Source: Phoronis australis (lineage: Eukaryota > Animalia > Phoronida). Taken from it: 64,000 bases of DNA. Shown here one piece after another: positions 12,114 through 24,374 of this stretch (its first letter is position 1; each line of letters opens with the position of its first letter). Position numbers and translations under genes: made by a program. The stretch covers positions 900,175 to 964,174 of the forward strand of contig NMRA01000104.1 in assembly GCA_002633005.1 (NCBI GenBank), written 5' to 3'. A model generated the notes under the pieces. The model did not search any database. It was not told where the DNA came from and saw only the letters and a list, made by a program, of their open reading frames with translations.

Positions 12114-13970
12114 ATTAGTTCTTATGTGTTAAAAAGCATTATGAAGTCATATTTATTCAAGCTTGGTTGGTTTACACTTGTGACCAAATCGGACTACGTT
12201 AGCGTCACGAAATTAGTTCGAATATAAATCTGATGATAGGTGAATAGAGCGTCAGTGTTTCGCTTTGGAGGCGGTAGGTGCTATAGCAACTCACGGTCGG
12301 CTAGTAGCCCGCCAGTTTCTTGCGAGCAATAAACGCAGCTCAGTAAAATACGAGGCAAAACAGTTGGCGATCTCCTCAAACCATGTTCCTGACACAGAAT
12401 GCAGCCAATAATTCGTTTGACCAGACGAACAGGAGCCGATGAACTAAGGGACGACCCTTTCCCTGGTTTCCGCGTCCCTACTCATCACATATCGCATACT
12501 GACGAAGATAACGATCTGGAAGGGTTTGTCTTTACGCTAGTATGTTCCTCAGGTTGCAATGTAGCATGATGCCCGCTGATATTCGAAAATACGTCTAGTG
12601 AAAATCGCTGAAGGGCCAGTCTTGAAAATCAGTCTTTAAAATTTAATCAATGGAACATTCGTAGATAAATAACAGCAATGCCCTCCTAGCTTTCAGATCA
12701 AGTCTCTTTAAATCGTCTTCACTAGCTCAAAGTAAGTAGTCTGATGACTGTACTAGAAAAGTCGATGGTAAGCTTCAACTGTTGTGTTCAAATCGTCGAC
12801 TTGTTGTAGATCATCCACTTGAGATGACGGTTACCATTTCTCTGATTTATTGAACCACGTTCTGTTGAGTGTGGGCATTCTTTCGTTAATGGNCATAGTC
12901 ATAGAGAGCACTCACGGGGCTTCAGCATCCACACACTTTTTGTCAGTTAGTTGACCCTGTTGACCGCAATTGTCCACGAATATAGTAACCTTAGGTCTTT
13001 TGGGAATTTGTGGCCACCTGTCGAAGACTTGCACCAGGGAAATTAGCAGTAATAAGGCTTAGCGCGACGACGTATTTTGATAAAAATTCCATCTTTTACC
13101 AGTTGTTTACATGTAGAAAGCCACGCATGCGCAATTCAATCACCACTAGTACAGCAGCGACACCGCGAGGAGAATTCTCCGAATAGCCCCATTAGTTCTT
13201 ATGTGTTAAAAAGCATTATGAAGTCATATTTATTCAAGCTTGGTTGGTTTACACTTGTGACCAAATCGGACTACGTTAGCGTCACGAAATTAGTTCGAAT
13301 ATAAATCTGGTGATAGGTGAGTAGAGCGTCAGTGATTCGCTTTGGAGGCAGTAGGGGCTATAGCAACTCACGGTCGGCTAGTAGCCCGCCAGTTTCTTGC
13401 GAGCAATAAACGCAGCTCAGTAAAATACGAGGCAAAACAGTTGGCGATCTTCTCAAACCATGTTCCTGACACAGAATGCAGCCAATAATTCGTTTGACCA
13501 GACGAACAGGAGCCGATGAACTAAGGGACGACCCTTTCCCTGGTTTCCGCGTCCCCACTCATCACATATCGCATACTGACGAAGATAATGATCTGGAAGG
13601 GTTTGTCATTACGCTAGTATGTTCCTCAGGTAGAAACGTAGCATGATGCCCGCTGATATTCGAAAATACGTCTAGTGAAAATCGCTGAAAGGCCAGTCTT
13701 GAAAATCAGTCTTTAAAATTAAATCAATGGAGCATTCGTAGATAAATAATAGCAATCATGCCTTCCTAGCTTTCAGATCAAGTCTCTTTAAATCGTCTTC
13801 CCTAGCTCAAAGTAAGTAGTCTGATCACTGTACTTGAAAGTCGATGGTAAGCTTCAACTGTTGTGTTCAAATCGTCGACTTGTTGTAGATCATCCACTTG
13901 AGATGACGGTTACCATTTCTCTGATTTACTGAACCACGTTCTGTCGAGTGTGAGCATTCTTTCGTTAATG
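12114..13970. repeat. ~780-bp near-identical direct repeat (12114-12891 / 13191-13970) across an N gap at 12893
   Basis: Direct comparison. Both copies start ATTAGTTCTTATGTGTTAAAAAGC and copy A ends at the N. Confidence 0.9.
12894..13190. mobile_element. Probable right end of a GGGG-terminated DNA transposon (PIF/Harbinger-like), present only before repeat copy B
   Basis: Ends GAGAATTCTCCGAATAGCCCC|ATTAG. Copy A has GAGCA|ATTAG at the same point. Confidence 0.45.
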
Positions 13971-16861
13971 ACTGGCTTCCGGATCACACAATGCTAAGAA
14001 GCGAGAGATTTACATTTAAGAGCATCAGTGAAATGTCTACTTTTGTGCACTTGTTATGATAAGTTTTACGCATCTGTACAACAAATAAACAGTCTCACTA
14101 TTATTGGATCCGTGCTTCTTTGGTTGTTCTGTATGGAAAGCGAGAGGAATGTTTACATACAGACTGTGGTGCCCGTCTGTTTGACTATACATACTAGTAT
14201 AATAACGGTGACACTTGACGCGCTAGAACGGCACAGACTCGTTAGGACGGTTGGTCAGACTATCCAATACTGCCCCACTATGATGTGACGGAATATTTGG
14301 AACCAATTGCGTAACTAGCATTGGCCTGAGTTAGCTGTCGTGTGGAGGTATGTACCAACGGACTGACTGTAGTGTTAGGGTTATTTGGGTTGTAGAAATT
14401 GGATAATGCCTGCTCTTGATAACTCTGATAGACGGGTTTAACTCTCAGTTGGGCCACGGACGTTTTGTCTAGTGTACCCTTATAGGCTGTGCTTGTTGAT
14501 TCATCGATGATAACTCCAAGGTTGTTGACTTGAGGCGATTGTTATCGAAAATAAACGTGTTCCCATTCTCTTGTGAATCTAGTGGCCTTCCTGGACATAT
14601 ATTCCCGTAGATTTGAAAAATGTAGTTTGCCTGTGTTGAGTGTGTTCACGATCAAGAGAAATTTAAGCTAAACAAGCTTGTTGATGGATTGACGCCAAAT
14701 CTGAGTGTCGATTTTCAGTACCTATTGAACAAAGTCATAAATTATTAGTTGATTTGTATGAATTATGAACTTAGAAACTCATAAGAGCACGGAGTCAATA
14801 GTTCTCCATATTGGTCGCCCTGACTGCTGTGGTAACGCAATTCGAATTCTTTTAAAACTTTTGTGCAATAATGCAGAGATGATTCGATATCGGTTTCTCG
14901 TGGTTCACGTAACCACTATCTTACTGCCCCACCAACACGTCTTTGAATTCTAAAGTGGCTTTAAACCGTTTTATGTCTTCCGGATTCTGACGGCACTTTT
15001 ATTTTCAAATAACCGTGAAATATAAACCACCAAGTGAGTGCAAACGTGCACTCTACTTGACAGACACTGTATGAATACGATTGACCACTTGAACGTTCAG
15101 TTCTCACGTCCTGAGCTAGGTAGTGGTTGTATGTTTTTGAGTGCGCCGTATTAGTTTTCAATGTCGGAGACATATGAAACGCAAGGACGGGCATTATGTC
15201 TGCAGACTGCAGGTCATGCCCATCGACGTACTCTTGGTTTTGATAGGATATCAAAATTAACCTGGATTTATAATATAGAGGCTAATGTGATATGACAGTT
15301 CTTGATGGCAAGCTGGCACGATACAGGGTAGAATGCAAAAAGTTCGCCAATTTTTACACAATGGATATTATTTACCATGGCTTGAATGTTTTCGTTTCCT
15401 ATTTTATTCTGGTGTCTATCTACTAACTGTTTGGGGATTATTCTGAGCATTTTAGGGACATTGGAGAGTTTAAACAACTGATTTCCCAGCCTTTTATCGA
15501 ATGGTTCAGATCACGCTGTCGAAAACCATTACAGGTTGGTATCATTGCTATGGCCACTTGTGAACAGTTAAATATTCATATTCAGCTTTCTTACTAAAAT
15601 AAGCAAGTGAATTGTGTAAAATGAGCGTGACCCTGAAACAGCGACACCAGCGTTAGGTACTGATATTACCGTAAGTGTGAGAGGAACTATGCACAACAGA
15701 GGGGGGTAAATAAGCATACAAAACTTATGAAATACCAAATGATAAAGTGTAGGCATTCACAACCTTGGTATAAAAATGTGTTAAAGAATTCATAATGGTT
15801 TCAAGGTGACGTCTTGCCCTTCTAGGGGCTTAGTCCACATTGAAACTCCTCCGTGGTGGTAGACTTGGAAGCTAAGTTTACGTTACCAATTTCTACCAGC
15901 AACAAGTTAACAGACTGTTCATAGTATTTGGGTGGGGGTCGCAGAATGTGGCCGTCTAAGAAATGAAAACTTTAAGTTTACTTAAGATGGCTAGTATGTG
16001 GTAAAAATGAAACCATCTCGTATAAATGTTAATAAATCATATTTTAACACTTTTGAATTGTTTGAAACTGAAACTAGAAAATTTTTTACTAGTTTTCACG
16101 TTTTGTTTTTATCGTCAACAAGTAATTTTCAACGAGTGTTAGAAATAACCACATCATGCGGACTTGGGGAATTTTTGCATCCGGGTCAGAGACCATGGTT
16201 CTTTTGGGATGTATAACGGAGAACAATTGGGTTAGATTGAATTTTAACCGTTTCATTCGCCTAACTCGGATCCAGCAACTACATTATTAAGTACGAAATG
16301 TTCCTGTTCGTTTTTACTAATTTGGTCACCGCCTTTTAAACTCGCTTGAAAATATGATTTTGTAGGATGGTAATTGTTTCTTTCAGTCTCATGTCGATTT
16401 TTCTGTTACTGAAGTGTCGTTTTGTTGTTATTAATTAGAGACATTGATATTTCAGAAAATATAAGTTGCAGTTTTATGTTAAGCAGATATTTCTGCCGTG
16501 AACTATAAAATGCGATACTGGTAGAATCCCACCATGTTACTCAAATCAGTTTAAAATACATTAATGAAACATTTCGAGTCTCGACTGAGTCACTAGTCCA
16601 TCTTATTCATTGGTGTTGGCCATAAGAGCCCACTTCACTCGGTAAGCTCTCGTACAAATATTAGATGTTAGGATTCCATCGTTAGGATTCCATCGCCTTC
16701 ATTCGAAATTGTCTAGAGAAGTGAAAGCCGTTTACAAGCGAGTGTAGGCAATGTCATGTTATGACGTGGGCGGACTTCACAGTGTATGAGGAGGCATTAG
16801 GTAACGCGTAATTTGGCTATAGAGACATGTAACTGTTGACTGCGCTTGCATCACATCCTGT

Positions 16862-17150
16862 CACCAGGTGGCGAGACCATCTCGCCCATAAGTCGGCTCA
16901 CCTAGAACTGCCTTACATCATGTAGAAACATGACCACATTTCGCGAGTCTGCTGAAACAAAGTACGAGTAATAGACAATTTACCAGAAAGGAAAGCAGAA
17001 GTTGCCAAAAGCAGAAATGGTCGCTTGGCGTTGCTTTTGATCTCTGGTATTACAAGATGATGTTTATGCTATTTCGTCTGAAAATAGTCGCCCATGGTTA
17101 CACGTGGAAAAAGTTAAATCAAATCCACTAGTGTTGGCTTGCGACGCAAA
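16862..17150. repeat. Interspersed repeat, inverted copy of 3855-4143
   Basis: Same inverted blocks as listed for 3855-4143. Confidence 0.6.
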
Positions 17151-19220
17151 TGGCATCACGTTACATATAAAGACGCGATCCAAACATCATCTTATTGTGC
17201 TCCATAACCAGATGAAATACATAAAATTGCCGCTGGGTGTCAGCCGTTGATGACTTCGTTTTTGCTTCATCTTGGATGAACATTTTCAAAACTTAACTCA
17301 ATTATTTGAGAAGGACAATGGGTAGCGTAGAACTTACTGTATGTACAGATAGTTAATAAGAACAGGCGTTATACAAGTAACGTTTAGTCCATCTGTTCTC
17401 TACCAATTATCGGTAAATACCAGAAGATAGGTCCACATTGGAATAATTAATGTCCTTTGTTGTGAAATTCCTTAGACGTGTGTTTTCATTGGGATTAGTC
17501 ACATCGTTGGTGCGAACGGTAACGGTTGGTGCTGGTAGAGCTTCCCACGGATTGTTTGTTCAGTTTCCTTCATTTTTCGCTCTATTAACCGGAAGTGCTT
17601 TGAAGTGGTAGCCTAATTGCTCATTATTACGGGGAGGTCCGTTTGGGAATTGTCCAATCGAGGTATTTCTTTAAGTGTCGTGACCTGTGAATACTTACTT
17701 GTGGGAGGTGTTCGTAGTGCTAGGAAGCCCCCCCGGGGACGGACTTGAGGAAAGATGGCATTTGAACCGAATGTTCTCGTGGAGTGCGCTCAAGTGAGAT
17801 GGGATTCACAGCCCTGAATAGAACCTATTAGATAATCGGAATCGCCGAGCGAAGACCACTTGTTGCTTCAGAAATTGTTAACAGAAGATTTAACTTGGAC
17901 CACTTGTATATTTAAGTCTGGAGTTTGAAATCTGGCCACAGTTGCATTTTAATGTTCACTGACTGACACTGCATGGACGTCCGTTTGAAGGATTGAGAGA
18001 GGTAGGAGAACACCTGGTTTGATTAGGTGGTAAAACGTTCTGTTGAGTTGGACATCTTGAATAATTGAAGCTCATAGCTTTCAGACTTGACGCATAGCTG
18101 TGTGTAGAAATTATCGTTAAATAGTATTCAAGGGTAATATAAATTTGTTTAACCCCGACGATGTGGGCAAATAATGCGCTCTGTAAATAAAATAATTTAG
18201 CCCAGAGCAGTTTGTTATATTAAGGCATTAAATTGGATATATCGTTTAATTGTTGGAATTGTGACGCGTTATTTACCGGTAACATTATTCATAAATTGTA
18301 AATTTTGCTCCTGACGCACATGACCGGTTCACGCCGATGTGACGACTAAAACCCGTGACTGATGTAGGTTTTTATTTTGTGAGTATTTTGATATCAGTTC
18401 AATTACCATGCGTTTGGCGTACATAGTGTGTCCTCTGATAATACTTCCTTGTTCGCCTTGATTTTTTTTTCTTGTGGGCGACTTCACAACTTATGTACAG
18501 TAAATACCTGTTGATGGAATGGTTGCATCTGTCCACGTTCTCAGTTAGTCTTTCTTTGTGTGCCTTACATCATTCGTCATGATTTTACAAAGTAGTTTCT
18601 TTTCATAAATTTGTTGAAATTTCTGTCAGTCATGATCATATTTCCAAATTTCTTTATTGCATTTTGTATGTTACGATTTCATTTATTGGTTCATGTGTTC
18701 ATTTTGACGTCCAGTTGAGAAAGGGTAATATTGAGTGATATTTGTTACACTGCTGTTGTCTTTTAAAAGGATACAAAACCTGGTTTTGGACTATTATCAG
18801 TTATCAAAAACGACTTTCCCATACAACAGAACTATGCCCTATATCCCTCCTCAGCACTCAAAAGTAAGAGCTAAATTTGAAAACTCCTTACAAAGCCTGC
18901 TAATCAAGCAAGCGTGACCTATGCTTTAAGCGAGTTAAACGGCTACGATAGAGAAAGGACCCGCATCAAGAGCCATAATATCCGTTCTGTGATGCCGTGA
19001 GTTTGTTTCTTGTTATATCCTGCTTTTATCACTCAGATGGTGTATATTGTTTATTAGCTGGGGAGAGAGAACGAGGATTGGTTGAAATCACCAAAACTGG
19101 GATTAGTGCACAGACTTCTTTCTATTAGGCTTGTTCTCGGTTCTCTCATGCTTGTCGAATGTAAGGAATCGTTGACAAGTTCAGTGATTTTCATTCCCTC
19201 ATCCCAACTGGCTTACTTTG

Positions 19221-19430
19221 ATTGGACGTCGTAACGATGTCATGCAACATTGAGAAACCGAAGTTCACCTTTCACCTACATTTAAACTTTATTTTGCACT
19301 CTTAATTTTGCACTGTCATTCGCGCTGTATTCGTTGTCGGTCGTTTTCCCGCGTCACTCCGTGTTCCCGCGTCACTCCGTGCTCGTGCTCGACTGTGCTC
19401 CTTCTTCGAAACGCCAGGATATTTGTAAGT
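19221..19430 (+). promoter_or_regulatory. Possible proximal alternative promoter and first exon (~19316-19424) of innexin 1
   Basis: ATTGG (reverse CCAAT) plus GACGTC at 19221, CATTTAAA at 19279, TCATTC at 19316, a CpG-rich segment, and a consensus donor GTAAGT at 19425, about 240 nt upstream of the coding-exon acceptor. Confidence 0.45.
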
Positions 19431-19668
19431 AAATTGTTTTAATGTATGTACCTCAACCACTCAGTTTGTCTGGACATTGACCTAATGTTATTGATATTTT
19501 CTATAACATATTTTTTGTTGTTTATTAAGTTGCAACTCGCATTTAACTTTTGGATGAATTTCATAACGTTTTTGAGTCAAATCAGAATTTCCTTGTCTCA
19601 ATTAAGCACATTTAAAACAGTGAAGGCTAAAATTCGATTTGCTGATTGTTGTTTATCTATTTTGCAGC

Positions 19669-20865
19669 ATGTCGAGTTTTTTGGACGTTATCGTTCAAGT
19701 GACGAAGTTCTCACTTCATTACGACGATGATTTCTTCGATCGGCTCAGTCATCGGTACACGTTGGCCGTGTTGATTATCGCAACGATCATCACTGGCTCC
19801 AAACAGTATGTCGGTGATCCTATTGACTGCTGGGTGCCAGCGCACTTCTCGGGCAGTCATTCACAATATACTGAAAACATTTGCTGGATCATGAATACAT
19901 ATTATGTACCTTATAAAGAAAATATTCCCTTTGATGTTCAAACTCGCGAGGACCGAGAGCTTAGTTACTACCAGTGGGTTCCCTTCATTTTGTTGTCCAT
20001 GGCATTTCTGTTTTATTGTCCACATATCATATGGCGTCTCTTCAATTCACGCGTTGGCCTGGATGTGTCTGGGATCGTAAGTACCATCAATACGATCGAA
20101 CACTTGAATCCCGATAATAGGGAGAAAACTACCAAGTTCCTTGTGCGCCACATGGATCGCTACTTCGATGTCCAGCGCGACTTCCGGACGGGATGTTGCG
20201 CCAAGGTGCAAACTTTTCTTGCCGAGAAACTGTGTTTGCTTGTTGGCAAGAAGTACGGAAACCAGATGATCTTCACGTACATCTTCGTAAAGTGTTTGTA
20301 CATCGCTAATGCCGTGGCGCAGCTTTTCCTGCTGAACGCGTTCCTGCGCACGGATTATCACTTTTACGGGATTGAGGTGATCCAGAAGCTTGCTAATGGT
20401 TCCGACTTCACTGAGTCTCGTCGCTTCCCGCGTATCACCATGTGTGACTTCGAGATTCGAAGGATGGGAGGCATGGCCAATACTCACCGCTACACCGTGC
20501 AATGCGCACTTCCTGTCAACTTGTTCAGCGAGAAGATCTTCATTTTTCTCTGGTTTTGGATGGTCATGGTGGCCGCTTTCAGCTGTTGGGGCATCCTACC
20601 GTGGATCTTCACACTCTTCCGCCGCGCGCGCCTGCAGTACGTGAAGAAATACCTGAAGATGGGTGACCAGCTCAACTCCCCATCGGATGGCAAGTTGGCG
20701 AAAGCTTTTGCCGACAAGTACCTGCGACAGGATGGCGTGTTTGTTCTAAGGCTAGTCAGTAAGAACTCGAATGACATCGTCATTACGGACATTATGTTAT
20801 CGTTATGGGAACACTTCAAGAAGTTCCGACGGAACTACCACCCTACGGGCCCTGCCGCCCTCTAG
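19669..20865 (+). CDS. inx: Innexin (unc-9-like gap-junction/hemichannel protein), paralog 1, 398 aa
   Basis: Motifs DDDFFDRLSHRYT, KQYVGDPIDCW, YYQWVPFIL, FPRITMCDF, QCALPVNLFSEKIFIFLWFW and YLRQDGVFVLRL. Four TM segments and 2 Cys per extracellular loop. The true ATG is at 19669 after the acceptor TTTGCAG|C; the ORF-track extension upstream is intronic. Confidence 0.97.
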   Translation: MSSFLDVIVQVTKFSLHYDDDFFDRLSHRYTLAVLIIATIITGSKQYVGDPIDCWVPAHFSGSHSQYTENICWIMNTYYVPYKENIPFDVQTREDRELSYYQWVPFILLSMAFLFYCPHIIWRLFNSRVGLDVSGIVSTINTIEHLNPDNREKTTKFLVRHMDRYFDVQRDFRTGCCAKVQTFLAEKLCLLVGKKYGNQMIFTYIFVKCLYIANAVAQLFLLNAFLRTDYHFYGIEVIQKLANGSDFTESRRFPRITMCDFEIRRMGGMANTHRYTVQCALPVNLFSEKIFIFLWFWMVMVAAFSCWGILPWIFTLFRRARLQYVKKYLKMGDQLNSPSDGKLAKAFADKYLRQDGVFVLRLVSKNSNDIVITDIMLSLWEHFKKFRRNYHPTGPAAL

Positions 20866-21162
20866 TGCCGACTACCTGAACCACCGATTATTGAATCCGA
20901 AGCGATGTTATATGTCATGTGAAGAGTTACTGGACGACGAAATGATCCCACGCTTTACGCTTGTCTAACTTAGTTCTTAGATTTATCCATTTGAATTCAT
21001 TCCGGCTTTTCCTGTAGCCATTGTTCTAGTTTGAAAGCATTTCTCAGAACCTGGTGCTATTAGCATTCTTGCCCAGTTGCCGTAAAGCATAATTTAGGTT
21101 CAAGAGACCTAGCATCTTGCCTAGTTTGCTGTTTTTGTGTCACAATTCACTTATCTCACAAA

Positions 21163-22123
21163 AATATATTGGTTATTGTTATTTATTTTTATGTGACAAG
21201 CTCAACCTGTATTAGTTTTTGGAGACCAACAGGTCCAGATAAGTGATCCCGAAATGATAGCTCAGTGTCTGCTTTGATTGGTTTTTTAAGACTCATATTT
21301 TGTTAATGTTTTATTATACTGTGTGCTTTTATAGTTTGCTTAGCAGCTTTTAGTCTTGTTTGCAGTCGCCTTCGGTAAGGGGTTGTTATGCGCTCGGTGA
21401 AGGGACATGTAACGACTCCAGGGTTCACGTTACATCTGTGACTTCTAATCCCTGTTTAGGACAGTTGTGTACGAGGACACCTGGTATAGGAATTGTATTG
21501 GTGGTGGGACTCTTTTATGTTTAGATATTCTCATTTAAGAAGAATTAAAGACGGTGTCGGTAATTAAAGATTATTTTATTACTTGAGGACCAAATTACTT
21601 ATTTGTGGATCTCATAGTTATAACTTTGTACATTACATCAATNAATATATTGGTTATTGTTATTTATTTTTATGTGACAAGCTCAACCTGTATTAGTTTT
21701 TGGAGACCAACAGGTCCAGATAAGTGATCCCGAAATGATAGCTCAGTGTCTGCTTTGATTGGTTTTTTAAGACTCATATTTTGTTAATGTTTTATTATAC
21801 TGTGTGCTTATATAGTTTGCTTAGCAGCTTTTAGTCTTGTTTGCAGTCGCCTTCGGTAAGGGGTTGTTATGCGCTCGGTGAAGGGACATGTAACGACTCC
21901 AGGGTTCACGTTACATCTGTGACTTCTAATCCCTGTTTAGGACAGTTGTGTACGAGGACACCTGGTATAGGAATTGTATCGGTGGTGGGACTCTTTTATG
22001 TTTAGATATTCTCATTTAAGAAGAATTAAAGACGGTGTCGGTAATTAAAGATTATTTTATTACTTGAGGACCAAATTACTTATTTGTGGATCTCATAGTT
22101 TTAACTTTGTACATTGCATCAAT
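21163..22123. repeat. 480-bp tandem duplication around an N at 21643 (likely contig-overlap artefact in the innexin 1 3' region)
   Basis: 21163-21642 and 21644-22123 differ at only a few bases and abut the N. Confidence 0.9.
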
Positions 22124-22205
22124 ACAAATTGCGTTTATAACGCGGTTTAGAACAATAAGTTTATTTTTAATATTCATTATGTTCGTGGTTAAACGTCATG
22201 TTTGC

Positions 22206-22211
22206 AATAAA
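22206..22211 (+). terminator. Candidate polyadenylation signal of innexin 1
   Basis: AATAAA after an AT-rich 3'UTR-like stretch, followed by GT/T-rich sequence. Confidence 0.4.
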
Positions 22212-22684
22212 CTTTTAGATATGACTTGTGCATTCAATTGTTACTTAAAATAACCGCTTTCAAACCCGTAGACTAGTAAAAATTATTTGAGGGGCGGGGG
22301 TTGCACTAATCAATTTCTCATCGCCGCTACTCGAGCGCCCCCTTCTCAGGATGTCACAATTTTGTACAGACTCCCTCCATGCCGCTGCAGCCTTCAGAAC
22401 TTGATTAACCATGTTTAAACTAAATTTCCGGACAGTGACAATGAGCCCTTATTGCCAGCGCAGACGGATAGCTGGGAGCTGGGCTATTTGCTTTTGGTGA
22501 ACTACAGGGTGAGCTGGTAGTTCATGCCAACTCAAGGTGTGAAATTAGGATGAAATAGGGTAGCCGCTGATCATCTCAGGTTTGATTCACTTGAGTGAGG
22601 CACCTCAGCTCGTACCTATGCGTCCGCGCTGAGGCTAGGCCTTATGTCAAAATAGTTTTATTATGGTCCAGTTTAGGGAAGTTT

Positions 22685-22940
22685 CATGCGCGCACCCGGG
22701 CGGGTTCAGGGGGCTCGAACGAACCCTCCCCCATTAAGCGAAGTGAGCAAAAAGGTCCGCCTGCGAGAAAAAAATCCGAGAAAATGAGTCAAAAGTCCGC
22801 TAAACAAGCACAAAACGCGCAAGTCACAGTGGTGCGCCCGTTTTTTTTTTTTTTAGTCCGCCGGCTATTTTGTTACCAAAACAGGTCTACAATGTTAGGA
22901 ATTCGAGCTCCCCCCATATTGAAGGCTGGGTGCGCGCATG
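22685..22940. mobile_element. MITE (~256 bp)
   Basis: TIR CATGCGCGCACCC ... GGGTGCGCGCATG, plus sub-terminal GGGGGCTCGAA / TTCGAGCTCCCCC. No clear TSD. Confidence 0.65.
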
Positions 22941-23639
22941 ATTAGGGTCATGCTTTGTATCTTGAAAGCGCGAGGTTCCGGGTTTTCAAATGTTTCAAAA
23001 TCCCTCGTCAAAACACTGGTAACCCAGTTTCTGTAACTGGACAAATGGTACACAGGGAATCCCAAAAATGTACTCACACTCATAGTTCAGTGCCGGGAGT
23101 TGAAGTTCAGATTCTGCGCCCGGGACTAATGAATGGTAACTTCTTGTTTGGAAAGTGAATGCGTGAGTCATACCGTGCTCTGGAACGACAAACTACGGGC
23201 TTGGATTTTGGGAACGAAAAGTTATTGCGCAAATTGAAAAACATCCAGTAAGTGCACAGGCAATTAATCTTCCCAAGTTAATGAGAATTAGGTTTAATTT
23301 GATTATTAGACTTCATTCCCTTTCGATAAAGCATTTATTTTGTTTTTCAGTCAGTAAACAATGCCTCTTTTGTCATTTTGAAATGCGGGTGCAGTTTTCG
23401 GACACCATCTAGAACTGACGAAATTTCATCGATATCTTTGAGAGTGATTTCAGATGGACAAAAATCGTCTAGTGCGCTTTACTGTTTGGGATTGGCTGAT
23501 ACAGATTTAATGCAACTAAGTTGACTAAATCACTTAATTTTTACAAGATTAGCTTCTAATTATCAAAAAACACCAGTGTTCGTAGAGATACAATCTGTAA
23601 ATCAGAAACCAACTAATTCATTGTGTATCAAAACATATA

Positions 23640-24374
23640 TACACAAAACGTACCGAGAGTGGCGTTGATGAAGTAATATCCCACGAGACATTATTCCGCC
23701 TATCGAGACCGAAGGTCGATACGCGGAATAATGGGGAGTTTGATATTACTTCATCAACGCCAATCGAGGTACGTTTGGTATTTATCCCATACTCATCAAA
23801 TTCCTATGTTTCTTTCATTTTTTCGCCAGATTTTTCAAATACTTCACTCGGACTGTTCACGTGGCGGATCACAGCCTATTTCAATGTGCTTGCGCGTTAG
23901 GTTGCAAGTTTTCTCTAGTAAAAGAAACAATTTTAAATGTAACGATTTATTACTTGAAAAGAGATAACAAAGATGAAAGCAACGGTAACTGTGCATTGAA
24001 CTGGTAACATCTTCTGGAAATAGTTAACTAACAATATTTCATCGGCGCCTGATCGAGTTGCAGACGACATAATATTAGCAATTGAAAACTGAGACAGAAC
24101 TGTCAAATACCCGGTAATGAACAATCCTGTTCTGGGTGTTATGACTGAGACCTGATTGCATGTTAAGTGTTACTCACACTGTTATAATTGCAGTACTTTA
24201 AACTATTTTCCGAAAGTTTGATGATCGAACCAGCTATGTCGAGTCGACATTGACCTACCTTTTGAACATTCTATGTCAGAGGTCGCTGTTGAAGTAGTGC
24301 GGGAGGTGAATACGGAAAACATTATTACATGGCCGTATTTCCCTCTACTGATTCAACGCGTAAGGGATAAAAGC
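23640..24374. mobile_element. Interspersed element with a ~140-bp terminal hairpin (possibly non-autonomous Crypton-like), copy 1
   Basis: Colinear with 52961-54041. 23640-23780 folds back around GACCGAAGGTC. Internal TTTATCCCATAC pairs with terminal GTAAGGGATAAA. Confidence 0.7.

Noticed and set aside
20047-20819. Antisense and alternate-frame ORFs over the innexin CDSs (also 32358-33214 and 56534-57297)
   Set aside because: Shadow ORFs of the coding strand with no recognisable motifs.
21163-22123. Apparent 480-bp tandem duplication in the innexin 1 3'UTR
   Set aside because: The copies abut a single N and are almost identical, which is typical of an unmerged contig overlap rather than biology.
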